Positions 43,794 through 53,538 of a DNA stretch of 56,805 nucleotides are shown here, piece after piece. The stretch lies in the IMG/VR virus record IMGVR_UViG_3300011432_000003, positions 1 to 56,805 of that record; one strand, given 5' to 3'. Below the pieces are notes generated by a model that saw nothing but the letters and a program-made list of their open reading frames with translations, was not told the origin of the DNA and did no database searches. This DNA is from a virus. Its lineage: Duplodnaviria > Caudoviricetes. Position numbers and translations under genes: made by a program. The first letter of the stretch is position 1; the number at the start of each line of letters is the position of its first letter.

Positions 43794-44225
43794 GTGCCTC
43801 TCTCAAGTTCGGACTTGCTGCAGCCGGTCGGAGAGCTCGAGACGCAGCTCTTCCCGCATCTCGACGCGGCGTTAAGTCCGCCGCCGCCGGTCACGCTCGA
43901 GGAACGTCTCGAGCAGTATCTCGACGAGGGATACACACGGGCCGCGGACTTCTCCCTCGACGACGAAGATCACGACACGTACGCGCGCGCGTGGGCCTAT
44001 TACCGCGCGTATTTCGCCGTATATCAGCGCATGATCGCGACGGCGGCAGAGGCACGGATCGACGGGCAGGGCTCGCGCCGATACGATCCGAAGCAGGCGC
44101 TCGCCTTCCTCGAGCTGGCGAACGCAAAGAAAGGGGAAGCGGACGCGCTCGTGCCGGTCGACGAAGACGAGACGGCGCCGGACGTGCCGCCGTCCTCGAG
44201 CTTCCGGCATCGGATCGAGTGGTAA
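43794..44225 (+). CDS. Head-tail adaptor
   Basis: Position after MCP; GGGAG RBS; acidic helical. Confidence 0.6.
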   Translation: MPLSSSDLLQPVGELETQLFPHLDAALSPPPPVTLEERLEQYLDEGYTRAADFSLDDEDHDTYARAWAYYRAYFAVYQRMIATAAEARIDGQGSRRYDPKQALAFLELANAKKGEADALVPVDEDETAPDVPPSSSFRHRIEW

Positions 44226-44229
44226 CGGG

Positions 44230-44625
44230 ATGCCGGGCTTCCCGCTGCTTGACGGCTTCACGAAGGCCGAGCTCACGAGCCTACACCGGGCGAACCTGCC
44301 GCACTGGTGCACCGTCGAGACGATCGACGCAGACGACGTATGGAGCGCCGCCGCGACGAGCGTCCCGTGCCGGCTCATGCACGTATCGGCCGCGGCGAAA
44401 GTCGGCGCCGATCAGGCCTTACGGCCGGAGACGGAGTGGCTGCTCGGCTTCGCCGCGAGCTCACCGCACGCCGGGCCGCGGCGCCGGTACACCGTGAACG
44501 GGAAGCGGCCGGACGGGACGCCGTTTGTCTCGAGGTTGCTCTACGCGCTCGGCGCGCACGTGCCGCACGTCGAGGAATCCGTCGCGCTCGTCGAATGCGC
44601 CGAGACGGCGCCGGCGGGAGTGTAG
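44230..44625 (+). CDS. Head closure/stopper protein
   Basis: Position; WSAAATSVPCRL. Confidence 0.6.
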   Translation: MPGFPLLDGFTKAELTSLHRANLPHWCTVETIDADDVWSAAATSVPCRLMHVSAAAKVGADQALRPETEWLLGFAASSPHAGPRRRYTVNGKRPDGTPFVSRLLYALGAHVPHVEESVALVECAETAPAGV

Positions 44626-44629
44626 CGCG

Positions 44630-45067
44630 ATGGCGAATGCCGCCTTCCGCCTCGATATGCGCGTGACGGAGAAGACGCAGCGCGCAACGGTCGCAAACCT
44701 GCGGCAATACGGCCGCGGCGTCTCGCGCGATCTCGAGCGGATCACCGTCCGGAGCGGCGAGCGCGCGCAGGCGATGGCCGAGCACTTCGCGCCGGTCGAC
44801 GAGGGATACATGCGATCGAAGATCCGCCTCGTGATCTCGGCGAAGCGCCTCGCGTGGCAGCTCGGGTACAATCAGGCCGATTTCTCCGGGCAGGGGCTCG
44901 CGGATTACTACCTTTTCCAAGAGCTCGGTTTTCGGCATTGGATCACCGGGCAATTCATACAGAACGCGCACCTTCGGCCGGCGTTTGAGCTCGAGCGGCC
45001 GCGGTATCTGCGCGAAGTCGCGCAGGCGTTACGCGTGAACGCGGCGCGATTGGCGAGGGCGCAGTAA
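44630..45067 (+). CDS. HK97 gp10-family neck/tail completion protein
   Basis: APVDEGYMRSKI...YLFQELG...HLRPAFE. Confidence 0.8.
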   Translation: MANAAFRLDMRVTEKTQRATVANLRQYGRGVSRDLERITVRSGERAQAMAEHFAPVDEGYMRSKIRLVISAKRLAWQLGYNQADFSGQGLADYYLFQELGFRHWITGQFIQNAHLRPAFELERPRYLREVAQALRVNAARLARAQ

Positions 45068-45510
45068 TGCAGGCGTCTCTCGAGGCGATCGGGCCGCTCA
45101 CGGATGCCGTGGTAACGGCGCTCCGCGCGAATACGTCACTCAATAGCCTGCTCGATGCCGGCACGGAGAAAGGCGTACACGACGGCGGCGCACCGAATCC
45201 GACGGACGGCGCGCAGCCGCTCCGGTACATCGTCGTCCGCTCGCCGTCGACGTCACCGACGGGCGTCTTCTCGAGCGTCGGCGGGCTCTGTGTCCTCGAG
45301 CTGCACGTATGGTATCCGACGCGGCAAGAGGGGCCGATACGCGCGATCGCCGCGCAATGCGGGATCACGCTCGAGGGGACGCGCCTCACGCTCTCCGGCA
45401 GCTTTCGCCATTGGGGCGGCTCGTGCTTCCTGATTGGTATTCTCGACGATAACGCGGCACGTCCGCCGCTGAAGCACGGGATCATCCGATATGAGGCGAG
45501 GGTGCAATGA
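45067..45510 (+). CDS. Tail terminator (DUF3168-like)
   Basis: VHD..P...YIVV...LHVW...KHGIIRY. Confidence 0.75.
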   Translation: MQASLEAIGPLTDAVVTALRANTSLNSLLDAGTEKGVHDGGAPNPTDGAQPLRYIVVRSPSTSPTGVFSSVGGLCVLELHVWYPTRQEGPIRAIAAQCGITLEGTRLTLSGSFRHWGGSCFLIGILDDNAARPPLKHGIIRYEARVQ

Positions 45511-45773
45511 ACGCGAGCGATCTCCGGGCCGTGCGGCAGATCGCGCTTACGATCGCGAGTGCGACGTCGGCGCTTCTCGAGATCCTCGAGGATGCGACGC
45601 CGGCGGAAGTCGGCGCCGGCGATGCCGGCGTGCCGAAGGAACCGATCCCGGAGAAGCTCCGGAACGCAGGCGTCCCAATGTTCGGCCGGAAGCCGGTCGA
45701 CGAGATTCAAGCGGCTGCCGCGGCCGCGAGTAGTGTCGGAAGTGGCGCCGCGGACTCGCCGGCGACAGATTGA
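45507..45773 (+). CDS. Hypothetical protein
   Basis: ATGA overlap. Confidence 0.5.
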   Translation: MNASDLRAVRQIALTIASATSALLEILEDATPAEVGAGDAGVPKEPIPEKLRNAGVPMFGRKPVDEIQAAAAAASSVGSGAADSPATD

Positions 45774-45850
45774 CGCAGGACAAAACAACGGGCCGCGCTC
45801 CAAGGGCGCGCCGGCCGTAACGCCGCAGTGGAACAACGGAGCGCGCTCTT

Positions 45851-46279
45851 ATGCCGGATCCGGTCCTTGGGAAAGATTTCGAGCTCTACGTGCTCGATAC
45901 GGCGCAGTCGCCGGACGCGTATGTGCTCGTCGACGGTATCAATCAGTGGGACGATCAGATTAACCGTGAGCGTCAGAGCTGGCCGATGTTCGGCCGGGCG
46001 ACGGACTACCAGACGGTAGGCTCGCGCGAGATCACGTACTCGATGGGCGGCTTCCTCATCCTCACGGATCCGGGGCAAGTCATCATCCGGACGGCGGAGC
46101 TGGCCGATTCCACGGTCGGAATCAAAGTCTTATGGGAAGGCGGTTCCGACGGGTACACGCAGAACGTCCGTATCGGCACGCGCTCCGGCAGCCGCACGCC
46201 GGAAGGCCTGCAGACGCTCACGTACGAAGTCGCCGCGATCGACGACGCCGTGATCGTCGGCTCGGGTCCGCTGCCGTAG
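45851..46279 (+). CDS. Tail tube (major tail) protein, TP901-1-like
   Basis: GKDFELYV...DPGQ...; followed by a hairpin and the chaperone gene. Confidence 0.8.
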   Translation: MPDPVLGKDFELYVLDTAQSPDAYVLVDGINQWDDQINRERQSWPMFGRATDYQTVGSREITYSMGGFLILTDPGQVIIRTAELADSTVGIKVLWEGGSDGYTQNVRIGTRSGSRTPEGLQTLTYEVAAIDDAVIVGSGPLP

Positions 46280-46295
46280 TCGCTGCACGATCGAA

Positions 46296-46325
46296 GCGGC
46301 CGGCGTCACTTCCGATGCCGGCCGC
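46296..46325 (+). terminator. Hairpin after the tail tube gene
   Basis: GCGGCCGGCGTC-acttcc-GATGCCGGCCGC; no strong U tract. Confidence 0.45.
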
Positions 46326-46361
46326 CTGCCCGTTCCTCACGCCTTGGAGTACGCTCGAGCA

Positions 46362-46817
46362 ATGTCCGACACGCCAGACACCGACGGCACGGCCGCCGGC
46401 ACGCCAGACGCCGGCGAGACGCCGGCCAGCACGCCGAAGGCACCGCTTCGACTGCTCCGGAAAGATTCCTTCCTGAAGCGGGCGGACGTCCGGTATGAGT
46501 GGATCCCGGTCCCGGAGTGGGAAGAGGACGGGCAGATTCCCGAAGTCCGCATTCGGAGCCTGACGGGCGCCGAGTGGGAAGAGTTCGAGATGGCCGTCAG
46601 CAAGACGGGCGCCGACGGTGTCACGAAAACGGATATGCGGAACGCGCGCGCAAAGTTGCTCGTGAAGGTCGTCGTCGACGAGAACGGCGGGCTCGTCTTC
46701 GATGCGAGCGACGTCGGCCAGCTCGCACAGAAAAACGCCGGCGCCTTGTCGCGGCTCTTCGATGCCGCTTCGAAGCTCTCCGGCGTCATGAAGCGCGAGG
46801 ACGCGGTAAAAAACTAG
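46362..46817 (+). CDS. Tail assembly chaperone (G)
   Basis: VPEW...VRIRSLTG...VVDENG..VF...; ends AVKN. Confidence 0.85.
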   Translation: MSDTPDTDGTAAGTPDAGETPASTPKAPLRLLRKDSFLKRADVRYEWIPVPEWEEDGQIPEVRIRSLTGAEWEEFEMAVSKTGADGVTKTDMRNARAKLLVKVVVDENGGLVFDASDVGQLAQKNAGALSRLFDAASKLSGVMKREDAVKN

Positions 46818-47035
46818 AAGGTCGGCCGCTCCGGGAGCTCATGCTCGCGCTCGCGGTCGACGTCTTCAAGAAACGAATTTCGAAGGTCGAAAAGTGGCCG
46901 CGGGAAGAGATCGCCGAGTACGAAACGTATTTCGCGCTCAAGGATAAACGCGAGAAAGAGCGCGAAGCCAATACGACGGGGAGCGGGCAAGGCCGACGGA
47001 CTCCCGGACGGGCTACACGAGGACGCCGCCGATGA
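46808..47035 (+). CDS. Tail assembly chaperone G-T extension via -1 programmed frameshift
   Basis: Slippery heptamer A AAA AAC at 46808-46814 before TAG; the -1 frame stays open to 47035, overlapping the TMP start. Confidence 0.8.
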   Translation, partial: KKLEGRPLRELMLALAVDVFKKRISKVEKWPREEIAEYETYFALKDKREKEREANTTGSGQGRRTPGRATRGRRR

Positions 47036-50000
47036 CGACAGTCGCAGGGCTGCAAGTCGGCATCGGTGGTGATCCTACCGGCCTGATAAACGCGCTCAAC
47101 GCCTCGACGCGCGCCGTCACGCAGTTTTCGACGAACGTCACGCAGATGAACGCGCGCGTAAACTCGAGCGCGCTCTCGATCGGCCGCCTGCTCGCGGCAC
47201 TCGGCGTCGGGATCTCATTCCGTGAGGTCGTGAATTACGCCGACGCGTGGAAGCAAGTCGAGGCACGGCTCGGGATCGTCACGCGATCGACCGAAGAGTT
47301 ACGCCGAGTGCAGCGGGAGCTCTTCGCGATCGCGCAGGAATCGCGCGCGGAGTTTGAATCGACGGCGACGCTCTACACGCGCCTTGCGCAATCGCAGAAG
47401 CAGCTCGGGCTCTCGAGCCGGGATCTTGTCAAGATCACGCGCACCGTCACGCAGGCACTCGCGATCGAGGGGCGCAGCGCGTCGGAAGTGTCCTCGACGA
47501 TCCGGCAGCTCGCGCAGGCCTTTGGCTCTGGCAAGTTCGCCGGCGATGAGCTGCGGAGCGTCTCGGAAAACGCATCCCTACTCTTCGGCAAAATGGCCGA
47601 GTCGCTCGGCCTGACGATCGGCGAGTTTCGGAAGCTCTCGAGCGAGGGAAAGATCTCGGTCGAGCAAGTCGCGCGCGCGATCCTCGAGTCGGGCGACGCG
47701 ATCGCCGCGCAGGCCGGCCGGCTCCCGACAACCGTCGGCGGCGCCTTGACGCAGCTCCGGAATAGCGTGCAGCGCTTTATCGGGGAGACGGACGCGGCGA
47801 CGGGCGCGACGAAAAAGCTCGTCGAGATGATAAACGCGCTCGGGAACGCCTTCGATAATCACCGGGCGGCCGTTGAGACGTTTGCCTTCGTGATCGGCGC
47901 CGGCGTGCTCGTGAAGGCGATCAATCTCGCGATCGGAGCGCTCGGCCGGCTCGCCGCCGGGACGGCGCTCGCCGGCCTGCTCTCGCTCATCCCGGCGATC
48001 CGGTCGCTGCGGGATGCGTTCGCCTTTCTGCAGCTTGCGATCGCGGGCGCATGGCGGACGCTACTCGGGCCGATCGGCATCATCGCAACGGCGATCGGGA
48101 TCGCGGCCGCCGTCTTTTTCAAGTGGCGGAAGGGAGTCGAAGAGACACGGAAGGAAGCGGAGAAGCTCCGGACCGGCCTCGAGAAGATGGATCCGAAAGA
48201 GCTCACGACACGGATCGAGGACTCGCTCCGGGATCTTACGCGCATGAACGCCGAAGCGCGTCGACTGCGCGCGAATATCGAAGCGGCCGCGCGCGGCGGC
48301 GGCGTCGCGCCGGGCGATTCCGACGAGCTCGTGACGCTCGAGCGGCGGATCACGAGCGTTCAGAAAGCGCTTAACGCGATGATCGAAGTCCGGAACGCCG
48401 CCGGCGCCGATGCGACGCCGATCATTAAGCCGTCGGCAGAGGATGAGCTAAAGAAATTCGCCGACGGCGTATCTCGTGTGATCGAGACGTTTCGGATCAT
48501 GCAGAAGCAGGGAGAACACGTGCACCGGGTCGTCGATCGGCTGCGCGTCCTCTTCGACGAGACGCAGCGGAAGCTCCGCGGCCTGAAGGATCCTTTCGGC
48601 GAGGAAGCGCTCCGGCTCCGGAAGATCCTCGCCGATCTGCTCGAGCTGCCGGAGATAAAGCTGCGCGTCCGGATCGATACGTCGACGCGCGAGATCCGGC
48701 AGCTCGCCGAAGCGGAAGTAAAAAAGCTCACCGAAGCGCTCACGGCGAAGGATTCCGGGCTCATTCCTAAGATCACCGTGCAGCCGATCATCGATACGTC
48801 GCTCGCGTCGTCCTCGATGCAGCGGCTCGCGCAACGGCTGCCGGCGGAGATGGCTGCAGCAATCGGGAAGGTCCGTTTCGACACGCTCCGCGATCGCCTC
48901 GCGCAGCAACTCGGGAGCCTGCCGATTAAGATCGAGCCGGCCGGCCTCGACATATTCAACCGGGCCGTAGATCAGGCCGTCGCCGCGCAGAACCGGCTCA
49001 ACCTCGCGCGGCTCGGCGGCGATCGGCACGAGATCATCAGTGCGGAGCAGCAGTACGCGGCCGCGATCGATACCGTGCGGAACGCGCTCGGCGGCCTCGC
49101 GCGCTCGCTTGACTCGACGAATATCAAAGCGGACGATCAGGCGCTCGCGATCGCGGCGATCAACGAAGCCGCCGGCAAGCTGCAGGCGACGCTCTCGAGC
49201 ACGACGTCGCGGCTCGACAAGCTCATGAATTTTGCGCGCGCGGCGACGGGCATCGGCCGGGCGATCTTGGGCCTCGCGGACGCGATGCGGAGCGTCGACG
49301 AGAACATTCGCCGCACGCTGCAGAGCGCCGTCAATCTCACCGATGCACTCGTCGATCTGGCGCAGGCGCAGAAGGATCTCCGCGCGGGCACGGGCTCCGC
49401 GGTGACGGTCGCAGCGTCCGCGCTCGGCGCCGCCGGCGCCGGCCTTTCTATCGTGAATTCCATCGTCACCGCGATACAGTCGGACAATGAAAAGCTGCGT
49501 CAGGTAGTGCGCGAGCAGACGGAGATCCAGCGCGAAAACAATCGGAACCTCGAGAGGCTCCGCATCGAGGTAGGGGGATTTACCGGCGCGATCGGCGACT
49601 TCCGGACGGCGCTTACAGCGCTCCGCGGCCCATTGGATCCGAGCCGCGGGGGCACGATCGGCGCCGGCTTTACGAGCGTGCAGCAGCTCATCGAGCGGCT
49701 CGCAGATATTCAGCGAGAAACGGACGGCCGATCTTTCACGCAGAACATTCTCGGCGGCGTCCTGCGGGAGTTCGGGACGTCGCTTGCGGAAGTGTCGGCG
49801 ATCGCCGACGAGCTTAACGTCACGCTCTTTGACTCGGCCGGCCGGATCATCCCGGAAGCCTTTGGGCTGCTCGCGGACAAGATCGAGCTAAATATCCGGC
49901 GGCTCACGGAATGGAGTAACACGCTAGACGATACGCGGCAGCGGATGGAGCTCGAGGCGAACGTCTTCGACTTCGAAGCAACGGCACAGCGGACCATTCA

Positions 50001-50586
50001 GCAGGGGATCGCGCAACTGCAGACACTCGCGCCGGCGATCTTCGATAAGTTTTTCGGGAGCATCGATCCGAACAATGCCGGGCAAGTCGAGGCCGCGCTG
50101 CGGTTACTCACGCGGACGCTACTCGACAACGTCGCGAGCCTCTCCGGCGACTTCGATGCACTTTTCGGCCGCGACGAGCTCATACAGATAATCGAGCTCG
50201 TCGAGTCGGGCCTCGACGGACTCGCGAAAGCGGCGAACGAAGTCACGGCGTCACTCTTGAACGTGCCGCAGGGATTCAAGCTCGAGCGGGCGCGCTTCGA
50301 GGCGACACTCGCACGCACCGTCGACTCGATCGCCGGCACCTTCGACTCGATCGAGATCGACAAGATCAAGCCGGGCGCACTCACGCTCACCGGGCGGCAG
50401 TCGCTCGACACCGTGCAGGATCAGAACATCTCCGCCGGCGGCGACGTCTTCATCATCGAGCAGCTCAACGTCGACGCTCGAGAGCGGCCGGCCGCGGAGC
50501 TCGTCGACGCGATTAAGTATGAGCTGAAGACGAAAGCACGGAATCACGGCCTCACGGCGCGTCCGTCATCCATGCTCGATATATAG
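47032..50586 (+). CDS. Tape measure protein
   Basis: 1184 aa; tape-measure motif QLAQAFGSGKFAGDELRSVSEN; hydrophobic segment; position. Confidence 0.95.
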   Translation: MTTVAGLQVGIGGDPTGLINALNASTRAVTQFSTNVTQMNARVNSSALSIGRLLAALGVGISFREVVNYADAWKQVEARLGIVTRSTEELRRVQRELFAIAQESRAEFESTATLYTRLAQSQKQLGLSSRDLVKITRTVTQALAIEGRSASEVSSTIRQLAQAFGSGKFAGDELRSVSENASLLFGKMAESLGLTIGEFRKLSSEGKISVEQVARAILESGDAIAAQAGRLPTTVGGALTQLRNSVQRFIGETDAATGATKKLVEMINALGNAFDNHRAAVETFAFVIGAGVLVKAINLAIGALGRLAAGTALAGLLSLIPAIRSLRDAFAFLQLAIAGAWRTLLGPIGIIATAIGIAAAVFFKWRKGVEETRKEAEKLRTGLEKMDPKELTTRIEDSLRDLTRMNAEARRLRANIEAAARGGGVAPGDSDELVTLERRITSVQKALNAMIEVRNAAGADATPIIKPSAEDELKKFADGVSRVIETFRIMQKQGEHVHRVVDRLRVLFDETQRKLRGLKDPFGEEALRLRKILADLLELPEIKLRVRIDTSTREIRQLAEAEVKKLTEALTAKDSGLIPKITVQPIIDTSLASSSMQRLAQRLPAEMAAAIGKVRFDTLRDRLAQQLGSLPIKIEPAGLDIFNRAVDQAVAAQNRLNLARLGGDRHEIISAEQQYAAAIDTVRNALGGLARSLDSTNIKADDQALAIAAINEAAGKLQATLSSTTSRLDKLMNFARAATGIGRAILGLADAMRSVDENIRRTLQSAVNLTDALVDLAQAQKDLRAGTGSAVTVAASALGAAGAGLSIVNSIVTAIQSDNEKLRQVVREQTEIQRENNRNLERLRIEVGGFTGAIGDFRTALTALRGPLDPSRGGTIGAGFTSVQQLIERLADIQRETDGRSFTQNILGGVLREFGTSLAEVSAIADELNVTLFDSAGRIIPEAFGLLADKIELNIRRLTEWSNTLDDTRQRMELEANVFDFEATAQRTIQQGIAQLQTLAPAIFDKFFGSIDPNNAGQVEAALRLLTRTLLDNVASLSGDFDALFGRDELIQIIELVESGLDGLAKAANEVTASLLNVPQGFKLERARFEATLARTVDSIAGTFDSIEIDKIKPGALTLTGRQSLDTVQDQNISAGGDVFIIEQLNVDARERPAAELVDAIKYELKTKARNHGLTARPSSMLDI

Positions 50587-50595
50587 GGATCAGCG

Positions 50596-50946
50596 ATGCC
50601 TTTTCTCGTGGTCGCAGGAATCACGCTCGAGATCCTCGTCGCCGGCGCGACGCAGGAAGAGGGCGAATACATCGGCGAGGCGAAGCGCTCATTCTCGGGC
50701 CTCATGCGCTCGAGCCGTCAGGCGAATAAAGAGCGCTACCGCTTCACCGTCGGGCCGATCACGCAGTCGGCGGCCGCGACGCTGCGCACGGCCGCCGCGG
50801 CGACGGGCGGGATCGTGAGCTGCTCCGGCGACGCGATCACGTCCGGGAATTACCTCGTCACGCTCAATAGCTCCGACTTCATCAAAGACGCGAGCGAGAC
50901 GGCCGACTTCCGCCGCACGGTGCAGCTCACGCTCGAGCGAGCTTAG
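50596..50946 (+). CDS. Distal tail protein-like
   Basis: Position directly after TMP. Confidence 0.6.
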   Translation: MPFLVVAGITLEILVAGATQEEGEYIGEAKRSFSGLMRSSRQANKERYRFTVGPITQSAAATLRTAAAATGGIVSCSGDAITSGNYLVTLNSSDFIKDASETADFRRTVQLTLERA

Positions 50947-50952
50947 TCCCGC

Positions 50953-53538
50953 ATGCGGACGATCACGGCGCCGGAACGGGCGACGATCGGCGGCCAGTCG
51001 ATCGAGTATCATCTCCGGGTCGAGATTCAAAACGAATCCGGGACGTGGGTCAATTACTCCGATGATCCCGTCGGCGGCCTCGATTGGGTCGACGAGGTCA
51101 CGCTCACGGACTCGATCGATCAACCCGTCGCCGGCGGGACGCTCCGGCTCAAGCGGGAAGCGCACGACGGCTCGCAATTGCTCTCGCTCGCGCCGTTCAT
51201 GGCGACGTCGCCGCTCAACGTCGACGATCTGCTCGCGTATTCGCCGGTCATCCATCCGGGCCGCGGCGTCCGGATCTGGCTCGCGCCGATCGCGAACGGG
51301 ACCGGCCGGCCGGCCGACGTGTCGGCGCTCTGGCGGAAGATCTTCGACGGCATTCTCGGGAAGCCGCAATGGGGGCCAGAGCATACGATCGAGGTCGGGC
51401 TCCGGGATCTCGGCGCGCGCCTCGCCGACGCGATCATCGAAGAGCTGCGGGAATACGGCTCGACGGCCGGCGTCCGGCTCGATCTCGTCATTCAGCAGAT
51501 CCTCGACGACAACGGGCTCGGCGCGATCACGCTCTCGGTTCCCGTCATCCCGAATTGGTTCCTCGAGCCGTACGAGCAGGCACGCGTCCCGGTCTTCGAA
51601 GCGATCCGCGCGCTCGCGCTGCAGATCGGATGGGATCTCCGGTATCGGTACGCCGGCGCCGGCGTGCTTCCGGTGCTCACGCTCTTTGCGCCGGAGCGGA
51701 ATCCCGTCTTCGTGAACCTCACAAACGGGATACAGATCACCGCGGATGAGTATTCGAAAGTCACCGACTTACAGATCGGCGACGACGAGGTACGCAACTT
51801 CGGCCGCCTGAAGTACGTCACATCGGCCGGCACGACGGCCGAAGTCACGGCGTCGGATCCCGCCTCGATCGGCACCTTCGGGCGCCGGTATATCGAGATC
51901 GGCGAAGCGCATACGAGCAACATCAATACAGCCGTCGAAGCGCAGGCGATGATCGATTATGTGATCGAGGATCTCGCGACGCCGTTCGCCGATCACGCGA
52001 TCGAGACGTTTCATCTCTGGCCGCTGCAGCTCGGCGATCTGCTCGAGTTTGCAGCGAACGACGTGCACTATTCCGACGATCAGACGTACGCGATCGTCGC
52101 GATGACGCACCGCTTCGCCAAAGGGCACGGCGACTCGACGATACAGACACGCGGGAAGCCGGCCGGCGCGTACCGGACGTGGATCAACATGCACGGCAGC
52201 GGGCCGGGGAACGCCGCCGGCGTGCCGGCGCCGATCTTCACCTTCCTGCTCGGCGAGGAATCGCACGGCGGCGGCGTCACCGGAGACGGCATGGTATGGA
52301 TCGGCGTCGTCTTCGAAAAGAATACGGAGTATGTCGAGTTTTGGGCCGAAGAGGGCGACAGCGCCGCGACGCCGGCGCCGGATATTGCGAATAACTCGAG
52401 CGCGCTTCGGCTCTTCCGGCAGGAAGGGATCCACACGGCCGGCGTCATCTTTTCGGACGTCGTGAAAACGAAGACGCCGAAAACGAAGTTCCCGGACTGG
52501 CAGACGGTCGTCGGGATCGCGACGCGTCCGTTCCGCTGGCGCAAGATCCGCGCGTGCGGCTTCGGCCGGACGGGCATCAAAGGGCCGGATTGGACGCCGC
52601 CGGCCGTGCAGGCGATCGATCCGACGCCGACGCCGATCGACGGCGTGATCGCATCCTTCGCCGTGTCCTCAGTCCTCGACGTGAATATTCTCGACGTCAC
52701 GCCGGGCGCGATCGATCCCGGCGGCGGGAATTTTATCTTCATCCGGCGGGACGGCGTCGACATTTTTCAGCTCTTCATCGATGCGGACACGTCGCCGCGG
52801 GCGTTTAGTGACACGTTCATAAACCCGCAGACGCCGTACAATTACGAGGTTTTCATCTGGAATAACGGCGTCAGCGGGAAGCATCGCCGGCACGCCGGCG
52901 GGATTGCGATCCCGTCTACGTTCACGTGGGACGGGCAGGCGCCTAAACTCGTGTGGGACTCCGGGCTCGGGCTCTACAAGGTTGCGCTAATGTGGCTCGT
53001 CACCGGGCATCCGACGGCCGATCATATCGTTTTCGAGTACGCGCCGGACGGGATTCACTTCGTCGAGTTTGCGACGACGTCGATCGTCTCGACGGTGATT
53101 TCCGACTTCAACATTCTGCCGAAGTGGTATCGGATGCGCCTCGAGGATGCGGCGGACGCCGTCCTCGCGTACTCGACGCCGGCGTACTTCGCCGGGCAGG
53201 GATTGCCGCCGTCGCAGGGAGCGCTCGAGCCGCCGACGTGGAATCCGGAGCCCGGTGTCGAGTATCTGCGCGCGCCGACGCTCTCGATCGGGATCGCGTC
53301 GCTCGTCATGGGCTTTATCTGCGTGACGTCGGGCGCGCGCACGTGCGCGATTCAGCGATCGGACGACGACGGCATTATCGATCCGTGGGTCGATCAATAC
53401 GAATCCGGCCAGCTCGCCGGCGATCAGTGGCACGCCGGGCCGGGCATCGGGCCGGGCTACTATCGCCTTGCGGCGAAGGACGCCGCGGGTAGCGTTCTGG
53501 TCGTGTCGAATTCGATCCTCTGGCCGGGCTTCGTATGA
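50953..53538 (+). CDS. Tail tip/baseplate hub protein with C-terminal Fn3/Ig-like domains
   Basis: 861 aa; hub-like N-terminal half (SIGTFGRR); beta-sandwich repeats (FSDT...YNYEV, YRMRL, YYRLAA). Confidence 0.7.
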   Translation: MRTITAPERATIGGQSIEYHLRVEIQNESGTWVNYSDDPVGGLDWVDEVTLTDSIDQPVAGGTLRLKREAHDGSQLLSLAPFMATSPLNVDDLLAYSPVIHPGRGVRIWLAPIANGTGRPADVSALWRKIFDGILGKPQWGPEHTIEVGLRDLGARLADAIIEELREYGSTAGVRLDLVIQQILDDNGLGAITLSVPVIPNWFLEPYEQARVPVFEAIRALALQIGWDLRYRYAGAGVLPVLTLFAPERNPVFVNLTNGIQITADEYSKVTDLQIGDDEVRNFGRLKYVTSAGTTAEVTASDPASIGTFGRRYIEIGEAHTSNINTAVEAQAMIDYVIEDLATPFADHAIETFHLWPLQLGDLLEFAANDVHYSDDQTYAIVAMTHRFAKGHGDSTIQTRGKPAGAYRTWINMHGSGPGNAAGVPAPIFTFLLGEESHGGGVTGDGMVWIGVVFEKNTEYVEFWAEEGDSAATPAPDIANNSSALRLFRQEGIHTAGVIFSDVVKTKTPKTKFPDWQTVVGIATRPFRWRKIRACGFGRTGIKGPDWTPPAVQAIDPTPTPIDGVIASFAVSSVLDVNILDVTPGAIDPGGGNFIFIRRDGVDIFQLFIDADTSPRAFSDTFINPQTPYNYEVFIWNNGVSGKHRRHAGGIAIPSTFTWDGQAPKLVWDSGLGLYKVALMWLVTGHPTADHIVFEYAPDGIHFVEFATTSIVSTVISDFNILPKWYRMRLEDAADAVLAYSTPAYFAGQGLPPSQGALEPPTWNPEPGVEYLRAPTLSIGIASLVMGFICVTSGARTCAIQRSDDDGIIDPWVDQYESGQLAGDQWHAGPGIGPGYYRLAAKDAAGSVLVVSNSILWPGFV

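Noticed and set aside
47381-47400. GCCTTGCGCAATCGCAGAAG inside the tape measure gene as another cassette copy
   Set aside because: The right arm is broken, and there is no -10, leader or ATG; it encodes LAQSQK in frame and is probably chance.
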